In this document: positions 53,261 through 63,176 of the stretch, one piece after another
Layout of the letters: each line of letters begins with the position of its first letter
Numbering within the stretch: position 1 is the stretch's first letter
Origin: a virus
Lineage: Duplodnaviria; Caudoviricetes
Direction: 5' to 3' (one strand)
IMG/VR virus record: IMGVR_UViG_3300031867_000021
Span: 32,001 to 96,000 of that record
DNA length: 64,000 nucleotides
Notes under the pieces: model-generated
What the model was told of the DNA's origin: nothing
What the model saw: the letters and a program-made list of their open reading frames with translations, nothing else
The model's database searches: none
Program-made: the position numbers and the translations under genes

Positions 53261-53674
53261 CTACCGTCCGGTGCTGCCGAACCCTCTGTCCCCTCTGGCA
53301 GTCTCCGTATCGAACTTATCCACGACCTCAACGCCGTCCAGCAGAACCGGAAAAACCACAAGCTGGCTAATTTTGTCCTTTTTCCGAATCAGGTATCCTT
53401 CTTTTCCGTGGTTGTACAGCTTGACCCGAATGCTCCCCTGATATCCGGCATCAATCACGCCCTCGCTGGTAATGCAATGATTCACATTCAGGCCGCTCTT
53501 ACTCTTCAGGAAACCTACAAAACCTTCCGGGATCTCAACATGCACCCCGGTGTCAATCGTCCTGCTGTCCCCGGCCGGAATCAGCAGATCCCTCGGTGAC
53601 AGAATATCCAATCCCGCGTCCAATTCATGCGCCCTCACCGGAAGAAATGCGCCCTCATCCAGCACAACTCTCAT
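53261..53674 (-). CDS. dut: dUTPase (trimeric)
   Basis: DAGLD, KSGL, GVIDAGY.G, QLV, RG..GFGSTG. Confidence 0.93.
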   Translation of the reverse strand: MRVVLDEGAFLPVRAHELDAGLDILSPRDLLIPAGDSRTIDTGVHVEIPEGFVGFLKSKSGLNVNHCITSEGVIDAGYQGSIRVKLYNHGKEGYLIRKKDKISQLVVFPVLLDGVEVVDKFDTETARGDRGFGSTGR

Positions 53675-54006
53675 TTTGCACTTCCTCCCGTCAATTCATT
53701 TACGAGCTTCTGCTTCTGCTCTTCCGTCCATCCATCCTTGAGCATCCCAACCGTGTTCAGGAACCTCTGGAACTCTTTGCCAAGATTATCGTCTGTTCCA
53801 TACAGATAATCACTGCAAATTCCAAGCGCTTCCGCAATTTTCTGAATCGCGTCACTTCTCGGAACCCGAACACCCTGCGAGTAACGGCTGACCGTCTGTG
53901 ATGATGTTTCTATGATGTCCGCAAGCTCCCATTGCTTTATGCCGGCCTTCTTCAAGGCTTTCTTGAATCGCGCTCTGTTGATGATCATTTGTCTTTCTTC
54001 CTCCAC
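53671..54006 (-). CDS. XRE-family HTH protein
   Basis: Q.ELA.....S..TVSRY..G.R.P....I.KIA.AL....DYL.G. Confidence 0.85.
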   Translation of the reverse strand: MEEERQMIINRARFKKALKKAGIKQWELADIIETSSQTVSRYSQGVRVPRSDAIQKIAEALGICSDYLYGTDDNLGKEFQRFLNTVGMLKDGWTEEQKQKLVNELTGGSAK

Positions 54007-54377
54007 TCACACTTTGGGATCGGCTCATCGGTTATCTGTATCGGCGGATAACTGTCAACGCCTTTTCCTTCAGGATTCTCAGCGAGATGAATCTGATAGC
54101 GGATTGCCTGATACAGGTTATAAAGCCTGTACCATTCGTCATCCTTCACAATTTGCTCCCTGTACGGGAAGATCGCATTAAAGGCCATTCGCAGGTACCC
54201 ATTGGCAACATCCCGCCGCTTGCAGAACTCGTCGCATCCGATCATCCCATAGATCCCATCCAGGACAGCCCTGCTTATTTCTTCCGGTTGGTCGATTTTC
54301 AGACGCATCAGCAGCTCGACCGCTTTCAGAACCTCCCTTGCCTGAGCGCTGTTCAGCGTCAACGTATACTCAAACAT
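53985..54377 (-). CDS. Hypothetical phage protein
   Basis: ORF in operon with overlapping neighbours. Confidence 0.65.
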   Translation of the reverse strand: MFEYTLTLNSAQAREVLKAVELLMRLKIDQPEEISRAVLDGIYGMIGCDEFCKRRDVANGYLRMAFNAIFPYREQIVKDDEWYRLYNLYQAIRYQIHLAENPEGKGVDSYPPIQITDEPIPKCEWRKKDK

Positions 54378-54435
54378 AAATGCACTCAGCTTCCTTTCTC
54401 TTCGTCTTCGTCCGGCTTTTTAGCTGTTCTCGCTT

Positions 54436-55071
54436 TCAACTCCACTCTCCAGCCTTTCTCGGCTTTCCGCATGGCTTCAGTTCCGGGCAATGCCCCCTCA
54501 CGCATCCAGGGCCCGCATTCTTGAAAATCTCCGGCGCTTTCTTGAGACAGATTTTCAGCATCTTGTCCGCCATCTTCCGAATCTCCCACTGCGCCCGGTT
54601 GCAGGTTCGCAGACTGAAGAAGTGCAGCAGCTCTCTGGCATTCATCGTCATGATCAGCTTTGTCGGCACCGCCTGAGGCGTGACATATCTCGCGTCCTCC
54701 GCGGGAACTCCGGCATCCAGCAGTTTCCGGTAAAGTTCCATGCTTCGGTTCATGCCCTCGATAGCTTCTTCTGCCATTTCTGACTGACGAATGCTTTCAG
54801 GAATCACAAGCTCGACATTATCCAGCTTTACGTATCTCTGGCTCTGGACATCAAACGAGGCCAGCCTGTGCCGCGTCAGCTGAGCCAATGCGGCTCTGCT
54901 GAGCCCTTCCACCTGAAAACTGAAAACGGCATGTTCCAGAACGCTCGTGTGACCCGCATCAACCGCATGATTCAGAGCCTTCTGCAAGTTCCCGGAATCA
55001 TAACAGATCGCCGCTGCCTGTCCACATAGCTCGGCCGGAAAAGCAGTTGCCCGAATCAGCTCAACCTTCAC
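54436..55071 (-). CDS. thyX: FAD-dependent thymidylate synthase
   Basis: GH.SVLEH, RHR.ASF...SQRYV, EDARY, N.REL.HF..LR....AQWEIR. Confidence 0.95.
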   Translation of the reverse strand: MKVELIRATAFPAELCGQAAAICYDSGNLQKALNHAVDAGHTSVLEHAVFSFQVEGLSRAALAQLTRHRLASFDVQSQRYVKLDNVELVIPESIRQSEMAEEAIEGMNRSMELYRKLLDAGVPAEDARYVTPQAVPTKLIMTMNARELLHFFSLRTCNRAQWEIRKMADKMLKICLKKAPEIFKNAGPGCVRGHCPELKPCGKPRKAGEWS

Positions 55072-55258
55072 TCTTCTCCGCCTCCCCGCCAAGAATTTCG
55101 ATCGCTTCCTCCACGGCCTGCGTTAGGCACTTATATCGCTCTCTTTGCCGCTTGAGGTAATATTCTCTGGCATCGCGCCGAAATTCATCTCTGGCTTCCC
55201 CGAGCCAGTGCAGCATGGTTTCCCGATCCATATCCATCCCTCCCGTTTTAAATTGCAT
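55061..55258 (-). CDS. Hypothetical protein
   Basis: Short coupled ORF. Confidence 0.55.
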   Translation of the reverse strand: MQFKTGGMDMDRETMLHWLGEARDEFRRDAREYYLKRQRERYKCLTQAVEEAIEILGGEAEKSEG

Positions 55259-55472
55259 AATCCCTTATCTGCCCAACGATTGGATTGAACAGCATCAGCG
55301 TCCCTCCGCATTTTTGCGCGACTTTCTCGGCCTTTTCTCTGTCACGCGTCCGCCATGCGTCATAATAGTCACGGCTCCAGTTCAGATCCCGGATTAAGTA
55401 ATTCCAGCCCACCAGATATTTCCCGTCTTTTGTGACAATCAGGCAGGTTTTCTTCCGCAAATCAACTTGCAT
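55248..55472 (-). CDS. Hypothetical protein
   Basis: Short coupled ORF with RBS. Confidence 0.6.
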   Translation of the reverse strand: MQVDLRKKTCLIVTKDGKYLVGWNYLIRDLNWSRDYYDAWRTRDREKAEKVAQKCGGTLMLFNPIVGQIRDYAI

Positions 55473-55535
55473 CTCTTCCTCTCTTCCTCCAACAGGTCGG
55501 ATAGCGCATCGCCGTGCCGCCTTAATCCGAACCGA

Positions 55536-55892
55536 TCACCCAAAATAAAGCGTATTTTTGACCCCTTTATGGATCTCGATCCTGACCGGCTTATCATCCC
55601 CGGTACAAATCTTTGTGTCGCTGTGAAAATAGCTCAGAAGGTTGGTGACGTCCTCTATCTTCTCCGCGCTCCACTGAGCGTCTTCCTCCCAGAGCTTTTC
55701 ATATGCAGCAGCCTCTTCCTCCGTCTCCGCGTCCGGGCTGATAATCTGCTGAATTGCCCTCATCAGCTCTCTGACATACTCCTGTGCCACTTCCCGCGTC
55801 TCAGCCTGGACGATGACGGACATATTTTCGATCTGGACCGGATCCTCCTCATTCTCCGGGAGGCTCCTGACCGCAATCCTGAATGGTCTCAT
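55536..55892 (-). CDS. Hypothetical protein
   Basis: ORF with GAGG RBS. Confidence 0.6.
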   Translation of the reverse strand: MRPFRIAVRSLPENEEDPVQIENMSVIVQAETREVAQEYVRELMRAIQQIISPDAETEEEAAAYEKLWEEDAQWSAEKIEDVTNLLSYFHSDTKICTGDDKPVRIEIHKGVKNTLYFG

Positions 55893-55895
55893 CTC

Positions 55896-56231
55896 TTACA
55901 CCTCAATGATCCGAAAACCATACCTGAAAAGCATGAGCTTCCGTTTCAAAACATACTCGCGGGTACAAAATCCTTTCGCGTCTTCAATGACCGTGTCCCC
56001 GTTTTTGTCTTTGTAAACAAAATCGGCAACATACTTCACGGCACACTCGACCACTTTTCCGCGCTCATCTGTCTGCGCCGGAATCAGCTCGAACCCAACC
56101 TGCGTTTTCAGATCGCTGATTTCCCCGGCCCGCTCCAGCCACTTAAGTTCCATATACCGGCGAGCTTCGCGTCTGGAATCAAACACCTGTCCGTCAAGTA
56201 TCGTTTTCTTGCTGCCGTACTTTGTCCTCAC
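55896..56231 (-). CDS. DUF1064 putative endonuclease
   Basis: KYG.KK...DG..FDS..EA.RY..L...Q..FELIP...YVADFVY...IEDAKG. Confidence 0.85.
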   Translation of the reverse strand: MRTKYGSKKTILDGQVFDSRREARRYMELKWLERAGEISDLKTQVGFELIPAQTDERGKVVECAVKYVADFVYKDKNGDTVIEDAKGFCTREYVLKRKLMLFRYGFRIIEV

Positions 56232-56839
56232 TCCCGCTGCACCTCCAACAAGTCTGTCTTGATATAACCGACCGAAGTCACACTCCACTTCAGATTTTCG
56301 GCGTAAACCGTGACCATGGTTCCTTTCTTCAGCCTCCGCTTGACCTCTCCGTCAATGCATCCTCTGGCCCTCGTCTGCGATTTCAGGATCTTCGCCGGCA
56401 TATTGATCAGCTGCGGCTCGGAATAATCCAGATAACCTTTGCTGACCCACCCGTCACCCTGTTCCGTTGACAGATCAACCAAATGTATCCACTTGCCTTT
56501 TGTCGCTCCGTCTGTCCAGACAGCATCGCCCATGTAGAGATATCCGCCGAGCGTCCCGTTTCTGCTCGGCGTTTCCCGAATCACCACATAGCTTTCCGGG
56601 TTGCAGAGCACCCACATTTGCTCCGGCTCGTCCGCTCTGGCCGCGCCCATCGGCAAAACAGACATCAAGATCGCCAGAATCACCGCAAGCCCCGAAAGGC
56701 TCTTCCTGAGCCTTTTCAGGTACTTCCGATAGTCCCTTTTCAGAAACTCGCTCCCGCTTTTCTGAATCGCTTCCTCAACCCGGCGAATCTCAGCGAGAGT
56801 CTTTGCCCTTTCTTTTGTTTTGTTGACATCAGCGCCCAT
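56228..56839 (-). CDS. Membrane-anchored/exported tandem SH3b-like protein
   Basis: Hydrophobic segment + AxA site, then V.IR..P...GWVS..YL and R.....GYIK...L repeats. Confidence 0.65.
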   Translation of the reverse strand: MGADVNKTKERAKTLAEIRRVEEAIQKSGSEFLKRDYRKYLKRLRKSLSGLAVILAILMSVLPMGAARADEPEQMWVLCNPESYVVIRETPSRNGTLGGYLYMGDAVWTDGATKGKWIHLVDLSTEQGDGWVSKGYLDYSEPQLINMPAKILKSQTRARGCIDGEVKRRLKKGTMVTVYAENLKWSVTSVGYIKTDLLEVQRE

Positions 56840-56842
56840 CTT

Positions 56843-58156
56843 TTACTCCTCTTTCTGTATTGTCGTGAACCTCATATGCGGCTGGTCGAACATCAGAGGC
56901 ACCATGCCGCACCGTCCCTGTCGGTTTTTCTCAATCGTCAGAATCTGAAACTCCGCGTTGCGCTCCTGACATATCTGCCAGAATGCGTGAGCGTCGGTCC
57001 CGGCCTTTGGCTCATCCGGCGCATAAAGCGTGAGGTAAATATTCGCGTCCTGTTCGATAGCTCCAGAATCCCTGGAATCAGCCATGCTCGGCTTTCTTTT
57101 TGCACTTCCGTTTCCTCCCTCACTTCCGCGGTTAAGCTGCGTCAGAGCCAGAATCGGAACTTTCAGTTCCATCGCCAAAAGCTTCAGATCCCGCGATATC
57201 TGCGTGATTTCCTCATACTTGCTGCTCGTCTTCTCATCGGCTTTCAGAAGCTGCAGATAATCGACCACAATCATCTTCAGGCCATCCTCTCTGAGCATAG
57301 AGAGCGCTTCGCGGCGAATCTGCATCGGTGTGCCGAGGCTCGTGGAGATCCTCATCGGAATCTCCGTCATCAAAGGCGCCTGTCCCCAGATTGTCCCAAA
57401 TTCCTCCGGCGAAATGCTCCGGTTATCAATCCGCTGCACGTCAATATTGGTGTACTCCGCAACGATTCTGGCAGCGAGCTCTTCGCCCTCCATTTCTCTC
57501 GACACAACCAGCACCGGCCCGGATTTAGCCGCCACATTGGCCGCCATATAGAGAGCCAGAGCAGATTTGCCAACACCCGGCCTTGCGCCGAGATAAATGA
57601 GCTGGCCCGGTTTGAATCCTCCCGTCAGCCGATCAAGCCCCGCAACCCCGGTCATCACGCCACCTTCGACCTTTTGATCCAGCCTGAGCAGCAGATTCAG
57701 AATCGCGTCCTTCAGCGTCATGGATTGCGGCTGCTCGACCGTATCATTCACGGCGGCGGCCATTTTGCTGACCTGCTCTTCCGTCTTGACCGACAGATCG
57801 CTGATATGTGAGGCAACATCCACACAGGCTTTCAGGAGCTTTCTGCGTTTCCGCAGATCCATCAGGATCGTCTCATACTGGCCGTAGTTCGCCGCCGTGA
57901 TAGCGAGTCGATTCGCTTCCATCAGTTCCGTTCCGACACTGAATCCAAGCTCATGCATCGCCATGGTTACCGTAAGCAGATCGGGTTTCCCCCGCTGCTC
58001 AATCACCTTGCGAATGCCCTTATAGGCATTAACCGTCTCTTCGTAGGAAAAGACATCCTCCGGGAGGGCGGCAACCTTCTCAGCGGCCTGCTGGTCGATG
58101 AAGGCCATGCCGAGAATCATCAGTTCTGCTTCACGATTTTGTGGAACCTGAAGCAT
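56843..58156 (-). CDS. Replicative DNA helicase, DnaB family
   Basis: GARPGVGKS, VVDYLQL, ALTQLNR, RDSGAIEQDA, KNRQG. Confidence 0.93.
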   Translation of the reverse strand: MLQVPQNREAELMILGMAFIDQQAAEKVAALPEDVFSYEETVNAYKGIRKVIEQRGKPDLLTVTMAMHELGFSVGTELMEANRLAITAANYGQYETILMDLRKRRKLLKACVDVASHISDLSVKTEEQVSKMAAAVNDTVEQPQSMTLKDAILNLLLRLDQKVEGGVMTGVAGLDRLTGGFKPGQLIYLGARPGVGKSALALYMAANVAAKSGPVLVVSREMEGEELAARIVAEYTNIDVQRIDNRSISPEEFGTIWGQAPLMTEIPMRISTSLGTPMQIRREALSMLREDGLKMIVVDYLQLLKADEKTSSKYEEITQISRDLKLLAMELKVPILALTQLNRGSEGGNGSAKRKPSMADSRDSGAIEQDANIYLTLYAPDEPKAGTDAHAFWQICQERNAEFQILTIEKNRQGRCGMVPLMFDQPHMRFTTIQKEE

Positions 58157-58171
58157 TTTCCGTCACCTCTC

Positions 58172-58933
58172 TCAGATGAAATTGAACTCTTCCTCGCCCG
58201 CTTTCGGTTTTCCAAGGTTCTGGAGGATCTTGCTCAGATACCGCATCTTGTTGCCGGAAGCTCCGGCACATTCCTCAATCGCGGACAGCAGAACCCCTTT
58301 TCCATGCTCCGCATATAAAGCCACGGCATCATCCATTACCTTCTGGTTTAACGTGAATCCGCAATACCTCATCTTGTCGAAAATCTCATTGTGATCATTG
58401 GCAAGCTTTTCGGCTTCGTCATCAGGAATGAATGATGTTGTCGATGGCGGTGATGAATCCTCGCGCGCGCGCGCGTTCTCCTTCATCGTACTCTTATTCT
58501 TACTCTTATTCTTATTCGGGAGCATTTGTCCGTCATCTGTCGGACAAATGTCGGACGCTGGTATGTCATCAGTCCGAACTATTCCGCAATCCGCACCTTC
58601 GGCTTCATCGATTCCTGGAAATTTGCTTGTCGCAGCACGAGTCCTCTGATGCTTTGACCACGTCGTGATTTGAAGATACCGTTCGTCGGAAACCCAGTAG
58701 CACTTGATCAGCGAAACACGTTCAAGAGTTTCAAACGCGTCGTCGATAGACTTGGCTGTCAGATTCCCCTTTCTCGGAAACAGCTCATTTTTCAAAATCA
58801 CCGGATCGCGATAAAACCGCCCAAAGTCATCAGCAGTCACAAGCAAACGATAGAAGCAAACTTCCTCGAACCAGTTCAGGCCATCAATCGTCTTGCTGTA
58901 CTTGATAGAGTCCTTAATCGTCCTCCACGGCAT
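58172..58933 (-). CDS. Phage replication initiator (DnaD-like C-terminus)
   Basis: R.IK.SI..S...ADD.GR...W.KHQ; Y...IL.N C-terminus; upstream of helicase. Confidence 0.75.
   Translation of the reverse strand: MPWRTIKDSIKYSKTIDGLNWFEEVCFYRLLVTADDFGRFYRDPVILKNELFPRKGNLTAKSIDDAFETLERVSLIKCYWVSDERYLQITTWSKHQRTRAATSKFPGIDEAEGADCGIVRTDDIPASDICPTDDGQMLPNKNKSKNKSTMKENARAREDSSPPSTTSFIPDDEAEKLANDHNEIFDKMRYCGFTLNQKVMDDAVALYAEHGKGVLLSAIEECAGASGNKMRYLSKILQNLGKPKAGEEEFNFI
58460..58580. repeat. Candidate replication origin inside the initiator gene
   Basis: (CG)n run, TACTCTTATTCT tandem repeats, TGTCGGAC direct repeats and TTTGTCCG/CGGACAAA inverted repeat. Confidence 0.45.
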
Positions 58934-59157
58934 TACCCCTTCACCGCCCTTTGATTCCAGCAGTTTATTGACCGCTCAGCCGCCGGATTATTCCACTCGT
59001 CTTCACGGTCTCTGACCAAAATCGCCTCGCCCCTCGTTCTCGCGCCACACATGTCACAAGATACGTAGTAATAGAACTTGTCATATCGGCTTGAGTTATA
59101 ATTCAGGGAAACGCTTTCACTGCCGCAAAAAGGACACTCTTTGATTTTTCTTTCCAT
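58933..59157 (-). CDS. Lar-family restriction alleviation protein
   Basis: K.CPFCG...V.C..CGA....A...WN.R. Confidence 0.78.
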   Translation of the reverse strand: MERKIKECPFCGSESVSLNYNSSRYDKFYYYVSCDMCGARTRGEAILVRDREDEWNNPAAERSINCWNQRAVKG

Positions 59158-59181
59158 TTTCTTCTCTCTCTTTCTCCGGTC

Positions 59182-59463
59182 TTACAGCCAGCTCTTCTTG
59201 AAAACCCGCATGAAGGTTTTATGATCATACTTGGCTTCAAAAGCTCGCTGACAATCCTGTTTCAACCGCAAATCAATGCTTTTATCGCGATCATGAAGAT
59301 CCATATGAATGCTGTGTTTCAGCCATACCCAGCAGCCCCATTCATCGGACAACTTCCGATTCGCTACACCCCCATACACATGGTGGATATCAAGTTGACT
59401 CTGGCAGCCGGTCAGATAACATTCCGCCGGACCGTCACCCTGCAGCAGACTTGGTGCTCTCAT
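59182..59463 (-). CDS. HNH-like small phage protein
   Basis: CYL.G....HHVYGG..NRK.S...G..VWL....H...H...Q..FE. Confidence 0.7.
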   Translation of the reverse strand: MRAPSLLQGDGPAECYLTGCQSQLDIHHVYGGVANRKLSDEWGCWVWLKHSIHMDLHDRDKSIDLRLKQDCQRAFEAKYDHKTFMRVFKKSWL

Positions 59464-60019
59464 ACCTTTTCCCCCACATCTCAACGATCTTTTGCTCTTC
59501 CTGCGGCGTAATGGTCGGAATCCCGAGCGCTTCAGCATCCTGAATCAAGCTGTTGATGAACCGCGCCATCTGCTCAGAATTAAAATCGCTGCTGCCGTAG
59601 TAAATCTTGACATTTGACCATCCGGGCTTATCGCTGGCCTGATCTCCGTCCAGGACAACAACCTGCCGGCCAACGTGCCCACGCTCCCACTGGCGCTTGA
59701 AATACTCCACCGCAACAGTCTTCATGCCCAGGAATTCACTGACCCCTCCAATGTCCCGTATCGCGTTCCGGTAAACCATCGTCGGCGTCCACTTGACCCA
59801 TGGTTCCTTCTGCTGCATCTTGGCCGTGATCTGGTCTATGAGCTCCCACGCGTACCGATTGGCGCGAAGGCTCCGCGGGCTGCTGAATTTCCTGATTGTC
59901 ACATCCAGAAAAAACTCTTTCAGCTCATCCAGCAGCTCCCGCGGATCTTCGGTCAGGGCCAGCGAGAGAATCCACTTTCCGTCCATGCTCTTCGTGAGAT
60001 CATGAAACTTCGCTCTCAT
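59435..60019 (-). CDS. NinB/Orf-like recombination accessory protein
   Basis: RSL.AN.Y.W.L...I...GSS.F...QM.R.I..L..DA..LGI.T. Confidence 0.65.
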   Translation of the reverse strand: MRAKFHDLTKSMDGKWILSLALTEDPRELLDELKEFFLDVTIRKFSSPRSLRANRYAWELIDQITAKMQQKEPWVKWTPTMVYRNAIRDIGGVSEFLGMKTVAVEYFKRQWERGHVGRQVVVLDGDQASDKPGWSNVKIYYGSSDFNSEQMARFINSLIQDAEALGIPTITPQEEQKIVEMWGKRYESTKSAAG

Positions 60020-60668
60020 CCTCTTGCCCTCCCCTGTCACGGTGCTTATGCATGTAAATCAGCTCACTCGTGGGACCAAGATTCCGGTAAAAGAAGTCGT
60101 CACACTTCTGCTTGCTCAAATGAGTACCTAAAACCCGGTATTCGTAGGCGTATTGACCATTTGCACGCTTATCCGCGATCCGCTGCTGAATCTCTTGATC
60201 CTCATAATTCGATTCCACCATGTAGAGATCGTAGTTCGGCGCAGAGATCCCATTCAGATTATTGGTGTCTGTCGCGTAAAGCATCTTTCCACCCGGAAGA
60301 TGAAGCTTGTATCCGCAATTTGGCACATCGTGCACGAGCGGTACCGGAACAACCTTGGCAATCCCGTAGTCATAGAGGCTTCCAACCTTCAGAAGGTCAA
60401 TCTGCCTTGTCCTGACCCCTGCATCCACCAGAGGAGCCATGAGCCACTCACAGGCCGCAAACCGCACCAGCGGCCGCTCGAAAGCAAGCCTGCGAATCGT
60501 AGAAGCCTTGAAATGGTCTCCGTGAATGTGCGTCAGAAGAACCAACCTCAGCTCTTTAATAAAGGGCTCCAGGGCCCTGAAGGAAACCCCGCAGTCGATC
60601 AATATGGCCCGGTTGATCAAAACCGCATTTCCTTCAGAGCCCGTGGAGATAACCTGATACTCAATCAC
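60000..60668 (-). CDS. Metallo-beta-lactamase-fold hydrolase (exonuclease partner of RecT)
   Basis: STGS.GN, IDCG, THIHGDH, HDV, YATDT, ESNY, HLS. Confidence 0.88.
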   Translation of the reverse strand: MIEYQVISTGSEGNAVLINRAILIDCGVSFRALEPFIKELRLVLLTHIHGDHFKASTIRRLAFERPLVRFAACEWLMAPLVDAGVRTRQIDLLKVGSLYDYGIAKVVPVPLVHDVPNCGYKLHLPGGKMLYATDTNNLNGISAPNYDLYMVESNYEDQEIQQRIADKRANGQYAYEYRVLGTHLSKQKCDDFFYRNLGPTSELIYMHKHRDRGGQEDESEVS

Positions 60669-61666
60669 AGGTCAGCCAGATTCACCTGCTGCCCTGCCGG
60701 AGCTTCAGGTGGGACGGATTCGCCCTGCACCACGCTCGCGGTCTGACCGGGCATCTGACCGCCATCATTATTCGGTTCTGGTTCAGAGTTGAAGTTGCCG
60801 TTATCAATCCGAATAAAACCATTATCGTTATTGAGTGCACTCTGCATTTGCACGCTTACGGGATTGTCAATGCTCATAATGCCCCACTTTGAAATCAGCT
60901 GGCGGAGCATCGTCTTTTTCGCCATGCCGTCGAAATCCTTGTACCAGTATGAGGAATATTTCCACATCTCGTTATCCGGGATTTCGTGGTTCAGGATCCT
61001 TCTGTAGGCTTCCGCACTGAAGGCCGCAGAATATTGATCGGCGTGAGCCATCATCTTTTCGCGGCTCCAGTACATCACCTTACGGAAGCCGTTCAGATAC
61101 TCGAAATAAGCCACATAACCAATCACGGGAAGCTTTTCCCGAGCATCGTCATCCTCAACAAACTGGAATTTCGGCTGACCCGTCTGTGAGTCCTTGCCGA
61201 GATACTCACCCTCTCGCAGTTCAAAGGAATCAATGTCACGATACTGACCACTTCTGATCGCGAGCTGCAGGTACCCTTTATAACCAAGCACGAACTGCGC
61301 CCGCTTCTCGCAAACTGGAATCCAGCGGCCGTTTTCACCTTTTAGGGGCTTTCCGTCAGGCCCTGTCTGCCAGATGTTTTTGCCATTGGCATCCTTGAGT
61401 TGGCAACTGAAAGGCACGAGATAATACTGACCGAGCTGCGGCGAAGGAGAAAGATTCAGGCTTTCTCCCAGGAGCGCGCCAGACAGAATTGTTCCGGGTG
61501 TACATTCCTGCAGAGCCGGATTGACCGCCACAGCAGAGGAGATTGCACTGGTGAACCGCTGCACCCGCTGTGGATCCTGAAGAGTGTTATTGATCAACTT
61601 GCGATAAACATCCGTTGTAATGGCAACAGAAAACTTCTGCTTCTGCGGAATAACATTAGCACTCAT
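60665..61666 (-). CDS. recT: RecT-family recombinase
   Basis: L.L.PSPQLG..YLVPF...AQF.LGYKG..QLA.RSGQY...MAKKT.LRQL.SKW. Confidence 0.9.
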   Translation of the reverse strand: MSANVIPQKQKFSVAITTDVYRKLINNTLQDPQRVQRFTSAISSAVAVNPALQECTPGTILSGALLGESLNLSPSPQLGQYYLVPFSCQLKDANGKNIWQTGPDGKPLKGENGRWIPVCEKRAQFVLGYKGYLQLAIRSGQYRDIDSFELREGEYLGKDSQTGQPKFQFVEDDDAREKLPVIGYVAYFEYLNGFRKVMYWSREKMMAHADQYSAAFSAEAYRRILNHEIPDNEMWKYSSYWYKDFDGMAKKTMLRQLISKWGIMSIDNPVSVQMQSALNNDNGFIRIDNGNFNSEPEPNNDGGQMPGQTASVVQGESVPPEAPAGQQVNLADL

Positions 61667-62549
61667 ACTTATATCCTCCCTCTACCAGAAATTTCTTCAG
61701 AGCCCTGAGCTGGTCCAGAGTCCCAGTCACGGTGAATGTTGTGGTGTAGAACTGCGGGGCTTCCTGAGCCACTTCAGCAGCCGGAGTTTCCACCGGCGCA
61801 GCCATTTCCACCGGAGCCGCCAGAGCGCCATTCTGCGCTTCCTGCGGGGCCGTCTCGACCACTACGGAAGCAATCTCAGCTTCCCGAGCCTTCTCAGCCG
61901 CCCGCCGGGCTTCAGCCTCTTCCCTCGCCTTTCTTGCGGCCTCAATCTCCGCATGCCGCCGGTTCACAATGTTCATGGCTTCAGCCAAGTTGTAGCTCTT
62001 CCGGTACTCCGTCAGAATCTCGTCCTTATCCTCGCTCGCACTGATTGTTTCGAGCTCAGAATGAATCCGGTCAAGGAACTCGGCCGCTTTTTTCTTGAGC
62101 CCGGTCAGGCTGTCAGAGAGCCCGACCCTGATTCCCATATTGGAAAGATCCACGAACCCAGGAACAAGCCCAAGGCTGTCCCGATATTCGTTGAAGTAAG
62201 TCTGCAGAGCTTCAGCTTTCTTACCCTTCATGCCATCCTCAACCTCTGCAATCTTCTGCTTCAGAGCAGCATCCGCTTTGGTGTACATATCGCCGGCGTA
62301 TTCCTTGTAAACCCGTTCTAAATGCTCATAAGGAGCCATAATTTCGGATTTGACTTCCTTGCGCCGCCTCTCAAGCTCCTGATATTCCTTATTCAGGTCA
62401 CTCCTGACCTTTTTGACATCTTTGTAATTCTCTTCGGTGCAAGCAAGAGACATTGCTTCCGATACACGCTTTTCGATGCTCGCTTTCACGGCCTGAAGCT
62501 GGTCTTCAATGACCGGAAGCTGTTTTATGACAATCAGTTCCTGTTCCAT
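61656..62549 (-). CDS. DUF1351-like protein
   Basis: QLPVI...KK.R..LNK....E..RK.VK...PY; coiled coil; upstream of recT. Confidence 0.72.
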   Translation of the reverse strand: MEQELIVIKQLPVIEDQLQAVKASIEKRVSEAMSLACTEENYKDVKKVRSDLNKEYQELERRRKEVKSEIMAPYEHLERVYKEYAGDMYTKADAALKQKIAEVEDGMKGKKAEALQTYFNEYRDSLGLVPGFVDLSNMGIRVGLSDSLTGLKKKAAEFLDRIHSELETISASEDKDEILTEYRKSYNLAEAMNIVNRRHAEIEAARKAREEAEARRAAEKAREAEIASVVVETAPQEAQNGALAAPVEMAAPVETPAAEVAQEAPQFYTTTFTVTGTLDQLRALKKFLVEGGYKYEC

Positions 62550-62615
62550 AATGTTACCTCCGTTTTTGTTTGCATATTCCAGAAGAACATGCTATAATCA
62601 CCCTGTTGATTGACA

Positions 62616-62855
62616 TCAGCACCTGTTTTGCCTGTGAGCACGCCCATGCTTGCAGGCATCTTTTTTGTCTTCGCCCATCCACCACTGGAGCTGCGGCGCC
62701 CGGCTGAAATCGGCCTTATCCTTTTTCTGCTGAATCGGAACATACTTGGGATAATATCCGACCGCATTCACCGCAGGCACAAACTGCGTCTTTTCGTTGA
62801 TTCCACCCTGGGGAGCCTCCCACCGTCCGAGCCAGTCCCAAATCGCTTTAAGCAT
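62616..62855 (-). CDS. Hypothetical protein
   Basis: Coupled ORF. Confidence 0.5.
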   Translation of the reverse strand: MLKAIWDWLGRWEAPQGGINEKTQFVPAVNAVGYYPKYVPIQQKKDKADFSRAPQLQWWMGEDKKDACKHGRAHRQNRC

Positions 62856-63168
62856 CTTTCCTGACCTTCCTTTCCAGCAGTTTTCCTTTTGCTTTCAGAT
62901 CGCGGTTGAGGTCTTCACTAAGATCCTCATTCCACTCACTTTTTCCGGTCTTTTTGTTCACGCTCAGCAGATATCTCAGAATCTTTCTGTCCGCCCGGCC
63001 GTTCTTATCGATCCCGAATTCCACCAGTGAAACGTGAGATCCATTCGGATCAATGAGAATGCCAATTTCCATTGCGTCCGGCACCAAATGCATGATTGAT
63101 TTCTCAAGCATCTCGACCTGCTGTTCAACCCGCCGAAGCACCATCTCGCTGCACTCCACTTTTCGCAC
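62848..63168 (-). CDS. Hypothetical protein
   Basis: ORF with GGAGG RBS. Confidence 0.6.
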   Translation of the reverse strand: MRKVECSEMVLRRVEQQVEMLEKSIMHLVPDAMEIGILIDPNGSHVSLVEFGIDKNGRADRKILRYLLSVNKKTGKSEWNEDLSEDLNRDLKAKGKLLERKVRKDA

Positions 63169-63176
63169 CTCCCTTC

